Below are positions 58,360-64,000 of a DNA stretch of 64,000 nucleotides, in pieces; positions within the stretch are counted from its first letter, which is position 1, and each line of letters opens with the position of its first letter. The stretch spans positions 2,028,747 through 2,092,746 of the forward strand of contig MU062062.1 of assembly GCA_013265495.1 (NCBI GenBank), written 5' to 3'. The notes beneath the pieces are model-generated. The model saw only the letters and a list, made by a program, of their open reading frames with translations. It did no database searches and was not told the DNA's origin. A program made the translations under genes and the position numbers. This stretch comes from Vicugna vicugna. Its lineage: Eukaryota.

Positions 58360-59543
58360 GTCCTGTCCATTCTCGTCTCCAGGTGTCATCACCATACTGT
58401 TTTAACTACTGTTGCTTTGTGATATGTTTTGAAATCAGAATATGTGATGCCTCTGTATTTGTTCTTTCCTAAGAAAAAGAAAATTGCTTTAGTTGTTTGA
58501 GGTCTCTTGTGTTTCTATATGAATTTTAGGATTTTTAAAAATTCTCTGTAAAAATGCCATTGCAATTTGATAGAGATTGCTCTATCGATTAGGTAGTAAG
58601 GATATTTTAACAATGTTAAGTCTTTCCATCTGTGAACATGGAATATCTTTCCATTTATTCGTGTCTTATTTAATTTCTTTCATCAGTGATTTGCAGTATA
58701 CAGGTCTTTTACATCCTTGGTTAAGTTCATTTCTAAGTGTTTTATTCTTTTTGACATAATGAGATTGGTTTTTTAATTTTCTTTTTTTGGCTAGTTCACT
58801 CTTAGTGTGCAGAAACTTAACAGATATCTGTATGTTGATTTTGTATCCTGCAATTTTACTAAATTTAATATTTTTAAGTTTTTTTCATAGAGTTTGGGGA
58901 TTTCCTACATATAAGATCATGTTATCTGAAAACAGAGATACTTTTACATCTTCTCGTCCAGTTTGGACGCCTTTTGCTTCTTTCCCTTCCCTGATTGCTC
59001 TGGCTGGGACTTCCAGTACTGTGTTGAACAGCAGTGGCGAGAGTGGGCACCCTTGCCTTACTGCTGGTCTTAGAGAAAAAGCGTTCAGCTCTTCACCATT
59101 GAACACAAAGTTAGCAGAGGTCTTGTCATGCCTGACCTTTATTATGTTGAAATAAATCCCTTCTCTACCTAGTTTGTCGCGTTTTTATCGTGAACAGATG
59201 TTGACTCTGGTCTAACCCTTTTTCTGTGTCTGTTGAGATGACCCTCTGGTTTCTTTCCTTCGTTCTGTTAATATGATGTATCCCTTATTGACTCCGTTGA
59301 GCCATAGCTGCATCGCAGGGATAAATCCCACTTGACCTGGGTGTATGATCCTTTTACTGTGCTTTTGTGTTCAGTTTGCTAGCATTTCATTGGGAATTTT
59401 TACACCTATATTCACTGGGGCATATTGGACTGTAGTTTCTTGTAGTGTCTTTGTCTGGCTTTGGTATTAGGATAATATTGACCTCAAAGAATTTCTTTGG
59501 AAGTGTTCCTTCTTCTTCATCAGTTTTTTGGAAGAGCTTAAGA
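58360..59543 (-). mobile_element. L1 ORF2 fragment covering the RT domain (degenerate)
   Basis: ORF 58885-59106 contains [17 protein letters not shown]...[12 protein letters not shown], the L1 RT motifs ([23 protein letters not shown]); the rest is colinear antisense L1. Confidence 0.95.
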
Positions 59544-59725
59544 TGTTTACTGCAGTATTATTCACAATAATCAAGGTACGGAAACAACCTAAATGTCCAC
59601 CGATGGGTAAATGGACAAAGAAAATGTGCCTATAGATATGACAGAATAGTATACAGCCTTTAAAAAGAAAAAACCATCGCCATATGCGACAACAGAGATG
59701 CAGCTTGAGGACGTTGTGCTAAGTC
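59544..59725 (+). mobile_element. L1 ORF2 C-terminal fragment, opposite orientation to the adjacent L1 piece
   Basis: ATGTTTACTGCAGTATTATTCACAAT...GGAAACAACCTAAATGTCCA...AAAGAAAATGTG...GCGACAAC...GCTAAGT is sense-strand L1. Confidence 0.9.
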
Positions 59726-60125
59726 TGACTCCACTGTGATCATGGCAGGAGAGCTGCTGTCCCGCTGGGGCCCATATGTCCCCAGCCACGGTGTCCTGGT
59801 CAGACAGGCTGCTCCCAGTTCATGAAGCAGGACCCAGCACCGTCGGAGCAGCCAGCCCCATGAGCTTGGTGTGCTCTGCTGCAGAGCTCGGAGTGGAGTA
59901 AAGGGAACAGCAGGAGGCGCTCCCACTCGCCAGCACAAACATGCACTCTTGTTCCCAGAGCAGGGCGGCCACAGCTGTGCCAGGGATGCTCACGTGGGCC
60001 ACTCTGAGCCTCCTGTGCCCCAGGAACAAAGCTGGCCAGTTAGGAGCCAGCGTGTGCTGGCTCTGCAGGGGCTGTTTCAGCGGTGGCTTTACTCCCACAG
60101 AAGGTGACGGGGCGCCTGTGAGTGT

Positions 60126-60239
60126 CACGTCCCCCTCTCTCATCCGGCATCTCGCTCAGGTGCCCATGGTAGGAGCATGGAGCACGTCCCCCTCTCTCAT
60201 CCGGCATCTCGCTCAGGTGCCCGTGGTAGGAGCACGGAG
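60126..60239. repeat. 57-bp tandem duplication
   Basis: 60126-60182 versus 60183-60239: 55/57 identical. Confidence 0.95.
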
Positions 60240-60759
60240 GTTTCATGTTGATGCAGCCCAAACAGAAACACAGTTGCGACAGTTTCCAGCGTGCCTTCCA
60301 AGCTCAGTCTAATTTTCAAGGCCCCGAGAAGGACGAAGTCATTTCTTATAAAGCTGGCAGGCCTTAATTAGTTCTTGAAAACCTAACCACACATTTTTTT
60401 CTTATTCACTCAGAAAGATGCTTGCTTTGAAGAAGTGACAGAAGCTTGAAAACCAGTAATACCTTTTTATACAAATGCTCTCCCCAAGGCCTGAGTCTCT
60501 CCAATCGGAGCCAAGAGTTAAAGTGATAAGCATTTAAACTGTTAACGACAGACAGAGACGACAAACAGTATCATAACTTTTGTACGGTGGATACAAACCA
60601 AGGGGGTGCTCCTGTTCTGGGAGACTGGACCGTGGGATGGCAGGAAAGGGGGAGGAAGAGACAGAGGGAAATAACTCAAACCTGCCCCCAGTGCTGCCCC
60701 CCACACCCGCCACCGTCTCTGTGAATCTCCAGGCCCCTCACACAAGAGGGAAACTCCTT

Positions 60760-61150
60760 CCGCATCCTCGCTGGCACGTGGGACTGGCGGTTTTACGTGT
60801 TTCTGGCTGTTCTGATGGGCGTAGTGTCCTCGGAGTGGCTGGGATTTGCACCCCCGATCACTCGTGATGCCTCATCCTCACGTGTGTTTATTTGCCCTCC
60901 AGTCTGTTCCTGAGTGAGGTGTCTTTTCAGATCCCTTCTGTTTCTTTTCGGCTTATTCCTTTCCTTACTGTGGAGTTGGGCACTTCAGGTGTTCGGACGC
61001 TGGTCCTCTGATGGACCGCGGTCTGCAGATACATTCTCCTTCTGTGACTTGGGTGTCCGTTTGCTTAAAAGCGCACCTCGAGCACACAAGTTGCTACGGG
61101 GCCGCAGTCTGATTTACCTAAGCTGCGTGTTGAAGTGGACCTGTGCCCAG
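60760..61150 (-). mobile_element. Old L1 (L1ME-like) fragment
   Basis: GGCTGTTCTGATGGGCGTAGTG...GATTTGCAC...TTATTTGCC...GAGGTGTCTTTTCAGATC...CTGCAGATACATTCTCC is colinear with antisense L1 ORF2 3' region. Confidence 0.75.
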
Positions 61151-61824
61151 AGCTCTCTCCATCACTCAGGTTCAGGAGGAGTCATTTTGGTCTATGATAA
61201 AAAATAAAGCAGAACATTTGTTTATTGTCTATGCCAGACAAGACTGAAGGCATTTCATTAATCATAATCAGGTGTAAAATGACTCATTACTGATACGAGT
61301 ACTTACGTTTCCTGAGCCCCGATTAACTGCCTCAGTGGGAGAGCAGTGACTGCACCTGCTGGGACTCCCACTGTGCCCTGAAGAGGCCCAGGGCCCTAAC
61401 CTCAGAGGCCCTCCCCAAGTGCCCAGCCCCCCACCCAGCCCCCAGCTGCTCCCCACACATGCTGCTCCAAGGTGCTTTCTGCAGAACTGACCGTGGGACA
61501 CCCTGGCGGGCGGGGTGGGGGCATCAGGAAGTAGATCTGCCAACTGCACGCTGCGGAAGCTCAGACAGCACCTGTGGGTCTGTTTCTCACTGTGAGATGC
61601 GTTCGTATTTATAAGCCGTTCCACTCATCATGGTACATAAGTGCCACACTTACATCCACGCGCACACAGGTGGTCTGTCCTCCGTCCCATGGGCCTGTAT
61701 CCCGGGCTGTAAGTCACTGCAGTCACCACGAGGCGTGGGTCAGGGTGCAGCCTGAGACGATGGCAGTGGCTTGGAGTCAGGGCATCCACCCTGGCTTCTG
61801 TGAAAGCTGTGATCACCTGTGCAG

Positions 61825-62123
61825 GGTGCTGTCCGCCCAGACTGTTCTAACAAAACACACACCCCGGGCGCCTTATAGACAGCAGACACTGCGTCCTCTC
61901 CGTCCGGAGATGATGTCCAGGATCACGGCGCCAGGAGAGGCTGTGTCCTCACCTGGAGGAGGGGCGGGGGCTCTCTGGGGTCCCTTTGCAAGGACACTAA
62001 TCCCATGTGAGGCCCTGCCCTCATGACCTCATCACCTCCCAGAGGCCCCGCCTCTGACTCCATCACCCGTGGGTCAGGTTTCAACACACGGATTTGGGGG
62101 ACACAAACTCTCAGTCCATAGCA
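61825..62123 (-). mobile_element. MLT1A/MST-like MaLR LTR relic
   Basis: GGACACTAATCCCAT...CCCTCATGACCTCATCACCTCCCAGAGGCCCCGCCTC...GGTTTCAACA...GGGGACACAAAC...CCATAGCA. Confidence 0.9.
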
Positions 62124-63599
62124 CAGTATTTTACTTCCCCCTTACAGCCCCCATTTAGCGGGTTTTCTGGGGACATTGAGCCAACATGAAATATACACAT
62201 GACGTGAGCACATCATCAGAGGGGCCGGCAGAGCCCGGGGGCAGCGCGGGTGACCTCCGAGGGGTCTCCTGGGGGGTCAGGGGCCGGCAGAGAGGACGGC
62301 ACGTTTGCCGTGAAACGTGGGTCTGAAAACTGAACAGTTTTGCTTTGAAAAGTAGAATCTCGATGGCAAAATAATTATCAAAATAACTTCAAAATCATCC
62401 AAGCTGCTTCAAGGGAGAAACAGACTTAGAAATCGCCCTGTTGCTTAATTGGGACAATTATTTAAAGTCGATCAGAGGCCAGGGGTACAGGACAGACCCG
62501 CATCTTTAAAGAACCCCCCTTAAAAACCTACTTTTCCTCATCAGGGCAAATTTCGTTTAAAAAATTACATGCAGGGAGAGAATCAGATAAATTGCCCTTG
62601 AAATTTCTCCATTCTCATTTGGCGAGAGATAAATCCTGTGCTCCGCGCTGGAAGGATTATGGGTTGGTTTTCATTCCCTCGCCCTGGGAAGGCCTGTAAT
62701 TACAGGGACCATATTTTCTGAACCAAACGCCAGGACAGCTGACCTGACAAGAACACGTGTATTTATAAAGACAATGGGGTGAGATACTTGAAATGGAAAA
62801 AGGCCCGTGAAAGCTGGAGCTGCCGTGAGCAGCTCTGACTCAGAAGTCCTCGGGCCTGGAGGCCTTCCTCACGGTGCCGTCCCTACAGCGTCTCTTTGTC
62901 GAGGCTGGAAGTGCAGAATTGTTGCCGAAGCGGTTTCTTTGTGGCGCCTTCGTGACACACGCAGACTCTGATTTTAAAGGAGCCGATTCAGTTGGTCAAG
63001 AATAACCCCTTTCCTCTGTCTTTGTAAAGATAATCGAAGCAATGGAATATAGAATGTTCAAATTAGCACCTAAGTATGGCCGCAAAAGCTGTCGGCATAC
63101 TGTATGCAAAATTACCTTTCTCACGTTTGGTCCACCGGGTACTGGGTTCTCTCCCTTTCTAAGCGAATCTGATGTTACACTGTAAGAGCTGTGCGTTGAG
63201 GAGCCGTTGCGTGCGCTGCTAGGCAGTTCTTCGTTTCGCAGAGCTTTCTCCATGAGGTTCTCTTAGGTGGGTCTCCCAGTCACTGAAGGGTTTACAGATG
63301 GTCCTCAGCAGTGAGGGGAAGAAGGCAGGAGATGTAAGGGGGAACCTCCGCCAGAGGGGGCTCCTGATCAGGGCCAGGTCCCTGGGGCTGTGGAGTGCAG
63401 GCGGCAGGAGAAGATGGGGGATGTTCCAGGAAGGCAGATGAGCTGCCACTGTGTCCTTGCAAGGGGCCAGAATCATGGAGCAGAGGCGGCTCCTGTGGGG
63501 ACTGGACAGGGCAGAATCGCTCAGACGTTCCTGGGAGGCGGGCTGTTCGCGGAGGGCAGTGGTCAGTGTTTGGGATGACACACTCAGCGAGCCCTCTGG

Positions 63600-63925
63600 C
63601 TTGCACAGGTCAGCACCAGCCTTGTAACGAGCATCCCCAACAGCCCTCAGACAGCAGACGTTCACTGTCCTGGAGGCTGGACGTCCCAGGTCAGGGAGTT
63701 CGCAGGCTGCTTCCTCCCGAGGCCCCTTTCCTGGGTGTAGACACGTCTTCTCCCCATGTCCTCACATGGCCCCCCTGTGTCTGTGTCCTAACCCCCTCTT
63801 ACAAGCACACCCACCAGTCTCATGGGTTCAGGCCGCCCATGTGCCTCTTCCTAACTTAATCACACCTTTAAAGGCCCTGTCTCCATGTACATTCTGAGGT
63901 CCCGGGGTTGGACCTCCCACCTTTG
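63600..63925 (-). mobile_element. MLT1-type (MLT1A/B-like) LTR relic
   Basis: CTGGAGGCTGGACGTCCCAGGTCAGG...CCTGGGTGTAGAC...GTCCTCACATGG...AACTTAATCAC...AAAGGCCCTGTCTCCA...ATTCTGAGGT. Confidence 0.85.
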
Positions 63926-64000
63926 ATGCTGGGTTCGATGCACTGCACTCCGTAATCGGGAGTAAAATCAGGGGGTGGAGGAAGAGTGGGGAGCAGAAGG

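Noticed and set aside
63931-63939. GGGTTCGAT B-box-like motif suggesting a tRNA or SINE
   Set aside because: No A-box, cloverleaf or SINE body; it sits at the end of an MLT1 relic.
1-64000. CRISPR arrays, operons, rRNA/tRNA, NUMTs, non-retroviral viral inserts or processed pseudogenes
   Set aside because: No regularly spaced repeats, no coding-dense segment, and no recognisable structural RNA, mitochondrial, viral or retrocopy sequence.

Overview
This is placental-mammal genomic DNA. It is GC- and CpG-rich like a distal/subtelomeric isochore, and I recognise no protein-coding gene, RNA gene, CRISPR array or prokaryotic feature. It reads as a gene desert or very large intron; the locus and species could not be identified. 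The supportable content is repeats: two independent solo ERV1-class LTRs of one family with intact 4-bp TSDs, six MLT1 (MaLR) LTR relics, several old L1 pieces (one with an inverted junction), L2, MIR, MER20, MER5-like and L3/CR1 relics, and simple repeats. The long ORFs are GC-rich or repeat-derived artefacts, or L1 ORF2 remnants. Between the repeats are short AT-rich islands dense in HOX/CDX, PBX, MEIS, SOX, FOX and K50-homeodomain motifs, as expected of developmental enhancers (inference). The strongest observations are a recent templated insertion with a 53-bp duplication (985-1175), a near-canonical REST/RE1 site (9656-9676) downstream of a CpG patch with a consensus splice donor, a perfect 22-bp palindrome, an RFX X-box pair, and a strong AT-to-GC shift in old repeats. 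I found no convincing novel multi-gene system. Repeat and motif calls rest on consensus sequences recalled from memory, and old-repeat boundaries are approximate.
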